64,000 bases of DNA from Pseudomonadota bacterium. GTDB lineage: Archaea > Thermoplasmatota > SW-10-69-26 > JACQPN01 > JAJPHT01. The DNA lies in assembly GCA_021325135.1 (NCBI GenBank), contig JAJPHT010000022.1, positions 41,570 to 105,569 on the forward strand, read 5' to 3'. Position 1 is the first letter of the stretch; each line of letters starts with the position of its first letter. Shown piece by piece: positions 30,201-39,305 of the stretch. A program made the translations under genes and the position numbers. Under the pieces are notes generated by a model. That model was not told where the DNA came from. It saw nothing but the letters and a program-made list of their open reading frames with translations, and ran no database searches.

Positions 30201-30611
30201 CACGTCCAGCGAGAAGGAGCCGTCGGCGGCCGCGCGGCCCAGGGCGGCGCGCCCCATGCCGAGGTCCGAGGCGTAGACGCGCGCGCCGCCCGGCACCGCG
30301 CCCGCCGCGCCCGCGACGCGCAGCGTCCACGGGCCCGTGGGCGTCGCGGAGATGAGGTCCTCCCGGGGCGGCGCGGGCTCGTTGTAGCCGGCGACCTCGA
30401 AGGCGGCGCCCGCGGGCGGAGGCGGCGGGGGCGCGGGCGTGGAGGGGGTCGGCGTCGCTGCCGTCGTCGCCGTGGGGGTCGAGGGCGTCGTCGCGCCCGT
30501 GGGGGAAGGGAGCGTCGTGGTCGCGGGCGGCGTGCTCGTCGTGGGGCTGGGCGACGAGGGCGCGGAGCAGCCCGCGAGCAGGAGGACGAGCAGGAGCGCC
30601 AGGAGCCGCAT
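27300..30611 (-). CDS. Large lipoprotein of unknown function (1103 aa)
   Basis: LAGC lipobox, S/T/P linker, long ORF with strong codon bias. Confidence 0.85.
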   Translation of the reverse strand: MRLLALLLVLLLAGCSAPSSPSPTTSTPPATTTLPSPTGATTPSTPTATTAATPTPSTPAPPPPPPAGAAFEVAGYNEPAPPREDLISATPTGPWTLRVAGAAGAVPGGARVYASDLGMGRAALGRAAADGSFSLDVTGGEGADVQVATLPEQLPPGERIADQVTGVLHTRGSAYVRAAHAPVTLAAGEREAVATGHSPPDLGWRFAGAVADEGATVRVRGTLRIQSSADLPTVPVHARLARAFDAQGSPTPLMDAFATATRTPAGFPLERMTQGADPTLSDPELCKPVREDASTLRCDVDVRAKAAGLPAGGWAVKLLVPVDGPRAPPNEVVETSARQYVIEDGVPLSILPRGLAAPMRLATLLLVDQLGQTDRGVQADEDAWGWTNAIAWQAPLHVTPRTDATGAPIRYLLDPYLPQVLLTDRDGAAPRLLRPVLPGGSWSVAITDPSGATTTLGPAPFATLVSRTATTAEGGMIDNGGDHVDGVARLATADDGAFLHAFAKDGLHTIRVTGEVRDDQGNAYALSGTYRVLVAEPLDLDLGMLPGTPLETGQYVDRAVQVHPPMPAHVTYRFREWTGPDAALTVDSTTEADASEFGWVHPHAGQPVRPTQPGEYRVDVYANHTDASGRLWAAAWSFGGVVADPTGGVELHGRPGIDLSAQDKTRFERRDTGIPVGGDHLNFPYFAGDVAWETDDDAMKVALTAADPANAFAPLLEAKAQGVTGITLPQSDGPETPGFGQDVVAPRYQSGIGPLFSATASGADVHVGGTLQRTAYAYATVEKPGVRVRESAREDLVPRAYWRFGEDTYALQPGMGPQGDAPNDYKLLFGGAVVRAPDAGASFTGAYSALWIDVPQGDAKGTRVDSPFDPAATPLFRIGGHDVRAFYDPTGTRPGSLLVAGDTADFGGYLVPLGPQRLYLNVTSPSGKVRAFATQANAWGHVHDPALNFVVDEPGVWRVEARVVACPPARDAAWPCLEGGLDEGQPDYVFYVADAGASRLSPPAPAFLPQGGDMALGAAPAEGHATAWMPGWALGSRATTPGGPLVSYHPAQLAQEFPNFEMGGWRDGEPVDQVTFTAVAKGDDGKWHGLAMDAWGARVLAPP

Positions 30612-30644
30612 GCGCCGGCACCGCGGCCCCCGCGCTTAAGCGAA

Positions 30645-31268
30645 TCACTTTGGCCTGACGGCGCGGTCGCCGAAGATCGCGCGCCCCACGCGGACCATGG
30701 TGGCGCCCTCCTCGATGGCGGCCTCGTAGTCCTCGCTCATCCCCATGGAAAGCTCCACGAGAAAGGGCCAGCGCGGCAGAAGCGCGTCGCGCATCTCGCG
30801 CAGGCGCCGGAAGTGCGGCCGCGGGTCCTCGCCCTGGGGCGGCAGCAGCATGAGCCCCACGGCGGGCGCGCCCGCGAGGGCCATGCGCCGCAGCGCGGGC
30901 TCCACCTCCTCGGGCGCGAGGCCGTTGCGGTGCGTCCCGCCGCCCAGGTGGACCTGCACGAGGAGCGGCGCGTCGCGCAGCGCGCCGGCAAGCTCGGGCC
31001 GGTCGAAGCTGTGCACGGTGGCGCCCACCTCCAGGATCTCCTTGAGCTTGTTGCGCTGGAGGTTGCCCAGGAAGTGCCAGCGCGCGTCGCGGGGGAGCGC
31101 CTGCGCCTTGGCGCGCATCTCGTCCACGCGGTTCTCGCCGAAGTCGCGCTGCCCCAGGGCGTAAAGCTCCTGGAGCGCCGAGGCGGGGTGCCCCTTGCCC
31201 ACGGCGACGAGGCGCGCGCGGCCGCCGACGCGGCGGACGACCTCGCGATATCGCTCCTCCAGGCTCAT
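30645..31268 (-). CDS. yggS: PLP homeostasis protein, YggS family
   Basis: VAV.K, FGENRV, WHF.G.LQRNK, LSMGMS.DY..AI.EGAT.VRVG.AIFG. Confidence 0.92.
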   Translation of the reverse strand: MSLEERYREVVRRVGGRARLVAVGKGHPASALQELYALGQRDFGENRVDEMRAKAQALPRDARWHFLGNLQRNKLKEILEVGATVHSFDRPELAGALRDAPLLVQVHLGGGTHRNGLAPEEVEPALRRMALAGAPAVGLMLLPPQGEDPRPHFRRLREMRDALLPRWPFLVELSMGMSEDYEAAIEEGATMVRVGRAIFGDRAVRPK

Positions 31269-32110
31269 GGCGCCAGCTTCGTGAGCTTCACGCTCTCGTC
31301 CCAGAGCCGCTTGCGCGCCGCGAGGTCGCTCCCCTGGCCCGGCGTCGCGATCTCCTTGCGCTTCGCGAACATCTTGCCCGTGACGGCGGCGTTCTCGGGC
31401 GCGGTGGCCAGCCAGACCACGGTGTCCGCGCCTTCGGCCGCGCTCTTGCCGAACGCGTTGGTCATCCAGCGGAAGACGCCGCCCACGTCGTTGAGCAGCT
31501 GCGTGTCCTTGACGAGGCCGGGGTGCAGCGTGTTCACGACGACGCCGGTGCCCTTGAGGCGCTCGGCCATCTCCTGCGTGAAGAGCACGCGCGCGACCAT
31601 GGTCTTGGGCGTGGAGCGCATGTAGGAGTACTTCTTCTCCGTCTGGAGGTCGGAGAAGTCCACCTTCGCGCCGCCGTAGCGCGACGAGACGTTCACGACG
31701 CGCGAGGGCGCGCCGCGCTTCAGCGCGGGGAGGAGCAGGTTCGTGAGGAGGAAGTAGGCGAGGTAGTTCGTGGCGAACGTCTCCTCCAGGCCGTCGGGCG
31801 TGACGCGGCGCGCCTTGCGGAAGACGCCCGCCGAGTTCACGAGGACATGGAGCTTCTCGTGGGTCGCGAGGAACTCCGCGGCGGCCCGGCGGATGGAGGC
31901 CTGCGAGGAGAGGTCGCACTCCAGCAGCGAGACGGGGGGCGCGCCGGGCGCGGCGGCCGCGATCTCGCGCGCCGCGGCGGCGCCGCGCTCCTTGCTGCGC
32001 ACGAGGATGGTGATAGCGGCGCCCTCCTTCGCGAGCCCGATCGCGGTGGCCTTGCCGATGCCCGAGGTGGCGCCCGTGACGAGGGCGACCTTGCCGTCCA
32101 TGGTTCCCAT
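31265..32110 (-). CDS. Short-chain dehydrogenase/reductase (retinol dehydrogenase-like)
   Basis: TGATSGIG, CDLSS, E.TFATN.L..F.LT, LHPG.V. Confidence 0.9.
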   Translation of the reverse strand: MGTMDGKVALVTGATSGIGKATAIGLAKEGAAITILVRSKERGAAAAREIAAAAPGAPPVSLLECDLSSQASIRRAAAEFLATHEKLHVLVNSAGVFRKARRVTPDGLEETFATNYLAYFLLTNLLLPALKRGAPSRVVNVSSRYGGAKVDFSDLQTEKKYSYMRSTPKTMVARVLFTQEMAERLKGTGVVVNTLHPGLVKDTQLLNDVGGVFRWMTNAFGKSAAEGADTVVWLATAPENAAVTGKMFAKRKEIATPGQGSDLAARKRLWDESVKLTKLAP

Positions 32111-32136
32111 GCCGGGCCCCATGCGCGCGGGGGCGC

Positions 32137-33321
32137 TTAAGCCAGCTTGGCGAGGCGGGCGGCGGCCGCCTCCAGCGTGGGCATGCTCTTGGCGAAGTGG
32201 AAGCGGACGTGGTCCCGCCCAAGCTCCTTGCGCGAGAAGAACGACGAGGCGGGCACGCCCGCGAGGCCCACGTCCTTCACGAGCCAGAGCGCGAACTCGC
32301 GGTCGTCCATCCCCGCGCGGGGCCGCAGCGCGGAGAAGTCGGCCATGACGTAGTACGCGCCCTCGGGGCGGCTCGCCCGGAAGCCCGCCTTCTGGAGCGT
32401 GCCCACGAGGAACTCGCGCTTCGCCTGGTACTCGGAGGCCAGCTTGTCGTAGTAGCCGCGCGGCAGGGCCAGCGCGCGGGCGACGCCCATCTGGAGCGGG
32501 TGCGGCGCGCCCACGGTGAGGAAGTCGTGCGTGCGGCGGATGGCGGCGGTCACCGCGGGCGGGGCGACGACCCACGCGACGCGCCAGCCCGTCATGCTGT
32601 ACGTCTTGCTGGCGCCGCTCACCATGATCACGTGCTCGCGCAGGCCCGGCAGGCCGATGGGTGCCACGTGCTTCCGCCCGTCGTAGAGGATGTGCTCGTA
32701 GATCTCGTCCGTGACGAGGAACGCCTTGTGCTGGCGGCAGAGGTCGCCGATGAGCTGAAGCTCCTCGCGCGTGAACACCGTGCCCGCCGGGTTCGCGGGC
32801 GTGTTGACGATGATGGCCTTGGTCTTCGCGCTGAACGCGGCCTTCAGCTCCTCGGGGTCGAAGCGGAAGCCGCGGGAGGGGTGGAGCGGCACGAAGCGCA
32901 GCGAGGCGCCGCTGAGCGTGGCGTCGGGGCCGTAGTTCTCGTAGAACGGCTCGAAGACGATCACCTCGTCGCCCGGGTTCACGATGGCGAGCATGATGGC
33001 CATCATCGCCTCGGTGGCGCCGCAGGTGACGACGATCTCCTGGTCCGGGTCGACCTCGACGCCGTTGAACCAGCGCATCTTCTCCGCGATGGCCTTGCGC
33101 AGCGCGGGCGCGCCCCAGGTGATCGCATACTGGTTGAATGGGCCGTCCAGGGCCTCCTTCGCGGCGGCGACCACCTCCGCGGGCGGGTTCCAGTCGGGGA
33201 AGCCCTGGGCGAGGTTCACGGCGTCGTGCGCGAGCGCATGGCGCGTCATCTCGCGGATGACGCTCTCGGGGAAGAGGCCGGCGCGCTGCGAGAGGCGCGG
33301 GTCGGCGAGGGCGTGGGACAC
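32137..33321 (-). CDS. Class I/II PLP-dependent aminotransferase
   Basis: NLAQGFPD, NTP.NP.G, DEIY, SKTYS.TGWR. Confidence 0.94.
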   Translation of the reverse strand: MSHALADPRLSQRAGLFPESVIREMTRHALAHDAVNLAQGFPDWNPPAEVVAAAKEALDGPFNQYAITWGAPALRKAIAEKMRWFNGVEVDPDQEIVVTCGATEAMMAIMLAIVNPGDEVIVFEPFYENYGPDATLSGASLRFVPLHPSRGFRFDPEELKAAFSAKTKAIIVNTPANPAGTVFTREELQLIGDLCRQHKAFLVTDEIYEHILYDGRKHVAPIGLPGLREHVIMVSGASKTYSMTGWRVAWVVAPPAVTAAIRRTHDFLTVGAPHPLQMGVARALALPRGYYDKLASEYQAKREFLVGTLQKAGFRASRPEGAYYVMADFSALRPRAGMDDREFALWLVKDVGLAGVPASSFFSRKELGRDHVRFHFAKSMPTLEAAAARLAKLA

Positions 33322-33366
33322 GCCTCGCCATCCGGCGGGGCGCCCATGAGGCTTCCCTCAGCCGAA

Positions 33367-33487
33367 GGGGGTTCGGGGGGGCGAAGCCCCCTGGCGTTTT
33401 CATCCCTGGATCAGACGACTTCACGTCAGGGGGCTTCGCCCCCTGAAACCCCCTCGGGTCGCCGCGCTGCGGCGCGGCGGAGACGAT
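33367..33487. repeat. REPIN/MITE-like element, copy B (left arm truncated)
   Basis: Arms 33367-33397 and 33423-33487. Confidence 0.85.
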
Positions 33488-33491
33488 CCGA

Positions 33492-34289
33492 TCATCCCGA
33501 GCGACGGGCGCGCCCAATCACGGGCGCCTCCAGGGCGTAGCGCTCGCGGACCCAGCGCGGCGGCCGGTGCGCCAGGAGCACGCCCGCGCTGGCGAGAAGC
33601 TCGATGGCCTGCTGGCCGGAGAGCCACCACGGATCGAGGGAGTGGCCCGACGCGCCCACGGCGAGGGTCACCAGGAGCAGCGCCAGGAGGCTCGCGGAGA
33701 CCAGCACGACGCGCAGGCGCGCCTGGCGGTCGCCCACGCGGCGGAAGAGCGCCAAGTAGAGGCCCGCGACGATCACCTGAGGCACGAGGAAGAGCGAGTA
33801 GAACACGAGGTAGACGAGGCCCGAGTCGGGGAGCGGGTTCGCGTAGGCGATGCCCACGGCGTAGTCGTAGGCGCGGAAGCCCACGGGGCGCTGCCACGCC
33901 ATGGAGGCCCCCGCCGCGACGTAGACGAGCCCGTAGAAGAAGGTGAAGAAGGGCGAGCCGCGCAGGCTCCCCGTGTAGAGGAACCAGAGATAGCACATGA
34001 GGCCGCAGAGGCCCATGCACGCGCAGAGCACGTAGAGGAACTGCGTCGAGGCGGCCGCCACGGGGATCCACGGCTGGTCGTTGGCGAAGGAGGCGAGGAG
34101 CCCCTGGAGGCCCGTGAGGGCCGAGAGGCCGGCGAGGCCCCACCACCAGAAGCGGAACGTGCGCGCGCCGTGGCGCCCCTCCTCGGTGAAGGAGGAGCGG
34201 GCGGCGTGGCGCCCGATCGCGAGGTAAAGCCCCGCTGTCGCGAGGCTCAGGACGGAGAAGACGGGAAGGCCTGCGGTTGCCATTGCCAT
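33492..34289 (-). CDS. Stand-alone ~7-TM membrane protein
   Basis: Seven hydrophobic segments; no cytoplasmic output domain. Confidence 0.75.
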   Translation of the reverse strand: MAMATAGLPVFSVLSLATAGLYLAIGRHAARSSFTEEGRHGARTFRFWWWGLAGLSALTGLQGLLASFANDQPWIPVAAASTQFLYVLCACMGLCGLMCYLWFLYTGSLRGSPFFTFFYGLVYVAAGASMAWQRPVGFRAYDYAVGIAYANPLPDSGLVYLVFYSLFLVPQVIVAGLYLALFRRVGDRQARLRVVLVSASLLALLLVTLAVGASGHSLDPWWLSGQQAIELLASAGVLLAHRPPRWVRERYALEAPVIGRARRSG

Positions 34290-34353
34290 CCTTGAGGGCT
34301 CGCGCGCCGCCTGGCTTCAGGGAGCGCGGCAGGGGCCCTGGGCCCCTGGGCGC

Positions 34354-36075
34354 TCACGAGAGGTGCGTGAACGCCGCGACGCTGGGCACGTCGCCCTTCC
34401 CCTCCACGTGCGTCCTCAGGAAGACCATCCAGTCGCCCGGCTGCGCGACGTCGGCGTCGGGCGGCGCGCGCACCCACACGCCGTCGGAGTCGCGCCGCTC
34501 CACGGGGAGCACGACCGCGCGCTCCGCCGCGTCCCACGCGTGCGTCGTGGCGCCGGGGTGGACGAGCATCACGTCCTGGACCTCCGTCGCGTTGGGCGTC
34601 TCCACCTTGAAGGGCTCGCCATACCCGACTCTGGAGGGCGCCTCGGAGATCACGGGGCGGTGGCCCCAGAAGAGGTAGGGCGGGTCGTAGATCTGCAGGC
34701 GCGTCTCGGCGATCTGGTCCTCGTAGGGCACGTCGTCCCGGACGGCGGTCCACGGCATGGGCAGCGGAACGTGGCCTCCCGAGAGCACGCGGCCGTCGGG
34801 CAGCAGGATGGCCGTGCTGTGGTAGGTGCGCGGCACGTCCATGCTGGCGCGCTCCTGCCACTGGCCCGTGGCGAGGTCGAACTGCTCGGCGTCCATGACG
34901 GGGGGGCTGCGCTGGCCGTGCGCCACGACGTTGTCAATGAGCCCTCCGCCCACCGCGAGGACGCTGCCGTCGGGGAGCAGCACGCCGTTGGGGAACCAGC
35001 GCGCGTGGTTGAGGAGGCCGGTCGCCGCGTGCGTGACGCCCTCGGGGCCCAGCGTCGTGACCTCGCTGGCGGGCGTCGCGACGACGCTGCGCTGGAGCGT
35101 GCCGCCCAGCGTGAGCAGGCGCGCGGTGTAGCCGTCCGAGGGGTCCAGGGGCAGCATGACGGTGGCGCCGTGCTGGCGCGCGCCGAACTCGCTGGGGCCG
35201 AGATAGCTCCAGGCGTTGGTCGCGGGGTCGTAGGCCTGCTCCAGGCTCCAGAGCCCCTCCTCGGGGCGCTCGCCGAAGGGGCCCCAGAGCGTCGCGTCCG
35301 TCTCGTAGAAGAGCTGCCCCTTCAGGGGGCCGCTGGGCACGACGAAGAGGCGCGGGTACATGGGCAGCAGGTGGTCCGCGCCCGCGACGGGGTGCCAGAG
35401 GTCGGCGCCCGCGGAGTAGGTCTCCAGGAGCGTGTCCATGGTGCGCGGGTCGGTGAGGTTCTGGATGCCGGAGACCGCCAGCGCGCTGCCGTCGGGAAGC
35501 TCCATGACCGTGGGGTACCAGCGGCCCACGCCCATGTCGGCGACGCGCGTCCACGCGCCGGTGGCCGGGTCGAAGGCGCGCGCGTCCTTGAGGCCGTTGA
35601 CGATGGGCCACGGGTCCTGCGCCTGCCCTTGCTGCGCCGCGTCCGCGCTCGCCAGCGCCGAGCCGGGGAGCGTCTGCCAGTCGGAGCCGCCCGCCGTGAG
35701 CACGCGGCCGTCGGGGAGGATGGTCTGCCCGCTGCAGAAGAGGTCGCCCGCCGCGCCCTCGGGGTCCGCGGGCGTGGAGACGATCCCGGTCGCGGGGTCC
35801 CAGACGCGGCTCTGCGCGTCGACGGGCGTGCCGGTGAAGAACACGCCGTCGTTCTGGCCCGCCTCGACACCGCTCCAGTAGAGGACCTTCCCGTCGCGGA
35901 GAAGCACCATGTTGACCGCGGGGGCCTGGCCGTCGAAGGGCGCCTCCCAGACGCCCATGACGTCGGCGGGCCCCGAGGGGCCGCGCACCTGCGGGACGGG
36001 GGGCAGCGCGAAGGCGAGCGTGGTGGGGACGACGAGGGCAAGGAGCGTCAGCGCGACGAACGTCGGACGGACCAC
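34354..36075 (-). CDS. Secreted copper-radical oxidase (galactose/glyoxal oxidase-like, AA5)
   Basis: Signal peptide; Kelch repeats; LFCSG, RWYPT, RTYHS.A.LLPDGRVL, TTHA. Confidence 0.9.
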   Translation of the reverse strand: MVRPTFVALTLLALVVPTTLAFALPPVPQVRGPSGPADVMGVWEAPFDGQAPAVNMVLLRDGKVLYWSGVEAGQNDGVFFTGTPVDAQSRVWDPATGIVSTPADPEGAAGDLFCSGQTILPDGRVLTAGGSDWQTLPGSALASADAAQQGQAQDPWPIVNGLKDARAFDPATGAWTRVADMGVGRWYPTVMELPDGSALAVSGIQNLTDPRTMDTLLETYSAGADLWHPVAGADHLLPMYPRLFVVPSGPLKGQLFYETDATLWGPFGERPEEGLWSLEQAYDPATNAWSYLGPSEFGARQHGATVMLPLDPSDGYTARLLTLGGTLQRSVVATPASEVTTLGPEGVTHAATGLLNHARWFPNGVLLPDGSVLAVGGGLIDNVVAHGQRSPPVMDAEQFDLATGQWQERASMDVPRTYHSTAILLPDGRVLSGGHVPLPMPWTAVRDDVPYEDQIAETRLQIYDPPYLFWGHRPVISEAPSRVGYGEPFKVETPNATEVQDVMLVHPGATTHAWDAAERAVVLPVERRDSDGVWVRAPPDADVAQPGDWMVFLRTHVEGKGDVPSVAAFTHLS

Positions 36076-36170
36076 GATGGGGCCTCCCGCCGCGGCGACC
36101 AGTCGAGGGGGGCATGAGCATTCTCGTGGGACCACGCAGGCTTTTCCGTGCCCCGCGCCGTGCGCCCGCC

Positions 36171-36638
36171 ATGGACACCCCCGCGGTGCAGGACCAGTAC
36201 GCGCCCCACGGCATCTGCTTTGGATGTGGCCCCGCGAACGCCAAGGGGCTGCGCATCAAGAGCCGCTGGGAGGGGGACAAGCTCGTCGCCCACTGGCATG
36301 CGGAGCCGCACCACCAGGCCTTTCCGGGTGTCCTCAACGGGGGCATCTGCGGCGCGCTCCTGGACTGCCACTCCAACTGGTGCGCGAGCACGACGCTCCT
36401 CAAGCAGCGCGGCCTCTCCGAGGCGCCCACCACCGTCACGTCCGAGTTCCACGTCAAGCTCAAGCGCCCCACGCCCGCCGAAGGGGAGATCACCGTGGTC
36501 GCCTGGCCCACCAAGGTCGAGGGCGACGTCGTCACCGTCGAGGCGGAGCTGCACGCGGGCGGCAAGGTCACCGCCACCTGCACGGGCGTCTTCGTCGCCG
36601 TGAAGCCGGGCCACCCGGCGTACCACCGGTGGGGATGA
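36171..36638 (+). CDS. PaaI/hotdog-fold thioesterase
   Basis: CFGCG..N..GL, FPGVLNGGI...LLDCH. Confidence 0.9.
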   Translation: MDTPAVQDQYAPHGICFGCGPANAKGLRIKSRWEGDKLVAHWHAEPHHQAFPGVLNGGICGALLDCHSNWCASTTLLKQRGLSEAPTTVTSEFHVKLKRPTPAEGEITVVAWPTKVEGDVVTVEAELHAGGKVTATCTGVFVAVKPGHPAYHRWG

Positions 36639-36747
36639 GCGGAGCTGCCCGGCGCGCCGTGCTGGCGCCCACTGCCCCGGCCTCGCCTGGCGATCCCTCC
36701 CGCGACGGGCCCATGGGCTTCATCCGCGCCTGCGCCCCTGGCCGCGC

Positions 36748-37809
36748 GTGAAGGTCGCGGTCCTGGGCGCCACCGGCCACACGGGGCGCCTCGTCGTGCG
36801 CGCGCTGCGCGAGCGGGGCGCGGAGGTCATCGCGTGCGGCCGCGACGAGAGGGCACTGGCGGCGCTGGGCGTCGAGGCGCGGCGCGTGGACGTGGGCGAC
36901 GCCGCCTCGCTGCGCTCCGCGATGCGCGAGGCCGACGCCGTCGCGAACCTCGCCGGGCCGTTCCTGAAGACGGGCCTGGGCCCCGCCCGCGAGGCCGTCG
37001 CCCGCGGCGTCCCCTACGCGGACACCACCGGAGAGCAGGCGTTCATGGCGGCCGTGCGCCGCGAGCTTGACGCCGAGGCGCGCCGCGCGGGCGTCGCGCT
37101 GGTGAGCGCGCTGGCATACGAGTACGCCTTCGCGGACCTGGCCGTCCGCGACCGCTGGCCCTCCGGCGGCGAGGCGCTGCACGTCCTCTACCGCAACCGC
37201 GGCGCGCAGGGCAGCGCGGGCACGAAGAAGTCGATCCTTCGCGTCATGGGCGCGCCCGCCCTGGGCCACGAGGACGGGCGCCTGCGCCGAGTGCCCGCCG
37301 CGCGCTTCGCCCGCGTCTTCGCCACCGACGACGGGCCGCGCACGGGCCTCTCCTTCCCCGGCGGCGAGATCCTCACCGTGCCGCGCCACACGCCGTTCCG
37401 CACCGTGCGCACCTACGTCCCCGCGCGCCACCCGCGCATCGTCCGCGCGGTGGCGCCCCTCGCGCGCGCCGCGCTCCGGGGCCCCCTCCTGCGCGCGGCC
37501 GAGGCCTACGTCGACGCGCGCCACCGCGAGCCGCGCAACGAGCGCGCGCGGGGCGAGGTCCATCTCCTGGGCGACGAGCGCCACCTCGTCGTGCGCACGC
37601 CCGGCCCCTACCTCGCCACCGCCGAGGTGATGGCCGAGGGCATCCTCGCCCTCCCCCGCTCGCCCGCCACCGGCGCGCTGGCGCCCGCGGAGGCGCTCCC
37701 CGCCGGGGCGATCCTGGCCGCCATGGCTCGGCGGATGCCGGAGTTCCGCGTGGAGCCGTTCACGGGCCGCGACGGTCACCGCCCCGCGGCTGTCGAAACC
37801 AGTATATAG
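36748..37809 (+). CDS. Saccharopine dehydrogenase-like oxidoreductase
   Basis: GATGHTG, N.AGPF, Y.DTTGE. Confidence 0.85.
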   Translation: MKVAVLGATGHTGRLVVRALRERGAEVIACGRDERALAALGVEARRVDVGDAASLRSAMREADAVANLAGPFLKTGLGPAREAVARGVPYADTTGEQAFMAAVRRELDAEARRAGVALVSALAYEYAFADLAVRDRWPSGGEALHVLYRNRGAQGSAGTKKSILRVMGAPALGHEDGRLRRVPAARFARVFATDDGPRTGLSFPGGEILTVPRHTPFRTVRTYVPARHPRIVRAVAPLARAALRGPLLRAAEAYVDARHREPRNERARGEVHLLGDERHLVVRTPGPYLATAEVMAEGILALPRSPATGALAPAEALPAGAILAAMARRMPEFRVEPFTGRDGHRPAAVETSI

Positions 37810-39176
37810 TGGACCCCCGGCTGCTCGCCCCAATCCCCACGGATGGTGCCCTGGTGTCCCCCGAGGAGAAGCTTGCCGCCGCGCAGACCCACACGCCCAA
37901 CCTGGGCATGACCGCGCCCACGCCCGAAGGGAAGGGCCCCCCCTCCCTCGCGGAGATGGCGCACCAGCAGTACGTCCGCGCGACGCACCACGTGAGCCTC
38001 GAGCCGTGGGTCGTGGAGCACCTCAGCCACCCCATGCGCACCACCATCGCCAGCGTCCCCGTCCGCATGGACGACGGCCAGGTCAAGGTCTTCACGGGCT
38101 ACCGCTGCCAGTACAGCAACGCGCTGGGCCCCACCAAGGGCGGCATCCGCTATCACCAGGACGTGACCCTCGACGAGGTCATCGCCCTCGCGGCGTGGAT
38201 GAACTGGAAGTGCGCCATCGCCGGCCTCCCCTACGGCGGCGGCAAGGGCGGCGTCGTCGTCGACCCCACGCGGCTGAGCATCGGCGAGCTGGAGCGCATC
38301 ACGCGGCGCTACACGGTGGAGATGATCAACGTCTTCGGCCCCGAGAGCGACATCCCCGCGCCCGACGTGAACACCACCAGCGAGATGATGGGCTGGATCT
38401 ACGACACGTACAGCATGATCAAGGGCGGCGCCGCGGCCGGCGTCGTCACCGGGAAGCCCCTCGCGCTGGGCGGCAGCCTCGGCCGCACCGAGAGCACGGG
38501 CCGCGGCGTCGTCGAGACCATCGAGGCCGCCGTGAAGCACAAGGGCAAGCGCATGCAGGACATGACCGCGTGCGTCCAGGGCTTCGGCAAGGTGGGCTAC
38601 TACAGCGCCCGGTTCCTCGCCGAGCGCGGCGCCAAGGTCGTGGGCGTCAGCGACGTGAGCGCGCAGCTCTACAACAAGAACGGCATCGACGTCGAGGACC
38701 TCTTCGCCTTCGCCCGCAAGAACAAGGGCCTCATCAAGGGGTACGGCAAGGCGCAGGAGATCTCCGACATCCTCACCTCCGAGTGCGACATCCTCGTCCC
38801 CGCCGCGCTGGAGAACCAGATCACCAGCCGCAACGCGGCCAACGTCCGCGCCAGCATCGTGGGCGAGGGCGCCAACGGCCCCACCACCGTCAAGGCCGAC
38901 GAGATCCTCCACAAGAACGGCGTCTTCGTCATCCCCGACGTCGTCGCCAACAGCGGCGGCGTCGTCGTCTCCTACTTCGAGTGGGTCCAGAACCAGCAGC
39001 ACTACCCCTGGACCGAGAAGGAGGTCAACGACCGCCTCGGCGTCATCATGGAGCGCAGCTTCCGCAACACCGTGAAGATCGCCGAGAGCAAGAGCGTCGA
39101 CATGCGGACGGCGGCCTACGTGCTCGCCCTCGAACGCTGTGGAGAAGCGGTCAAGGCACGCGGCCTCTTTCCGTAG
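37809..39176 (+). CDS. gdhA: Glutamate dehydrogenase (Glu/Leu/Phe/Val family); start uncertain
   Basis: GPTKGGIRY, GGGKGG, DIPAPD, TGKP...GGS.GR, QGFGKVG, EGANGP, SYFEWVQN. Confidence 0.94.
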   Translation: MDPRLLAPIPTDGALVSPEEKLAAAQTHTPNLGMTAPTPEGKGPPSLAEMAHQQYVRATHHVSLEPWVVEHLSHPMRTTIASVPVRMDDGQVKVFTGYRCQYSNALGPTKGGIRYHQDVTLDEVIALAAWMNWKCAIAGLPYGGGKGGVVVDPTRLSIGELERITRRYTVEMINVFGPESDIPAPDVNTTSEMMGWIYDTYSMIKGGAAAGVVTGKPLALGGSLGRTESTGRGVVETIEAAVKHKGKRMQDMTACVQGFGKVGYYSARFLAERGAKVVGVSDVSAQLYNKNGIDVEDLFAFARKNKGLIKGYGKAQEISDILTSECDILVPAALENQITSRNAANVRASIVGEGANGPTTVKADEILHKNGVFVIPDVVANSGGVVVSYFEWVQNQQHYPWTEKEVNDRLGVIMERSFRNTVKIAESKSVDMRTAAYVLALERCGEAVKARGLFP

Positions 39177-39305
39177 CCCTATCTCCACTGCCGCTCGCGA
39201 TGGGTGGGGCCTGTGGCTGCCACCTCAGGAGGAGTCCCACGGAAGGCGCGGTCGGCCCCGCGCGACGGAGGAGGGGCCCTTTGTGGGCCGCCACGGGGGA
39301 TTTTG

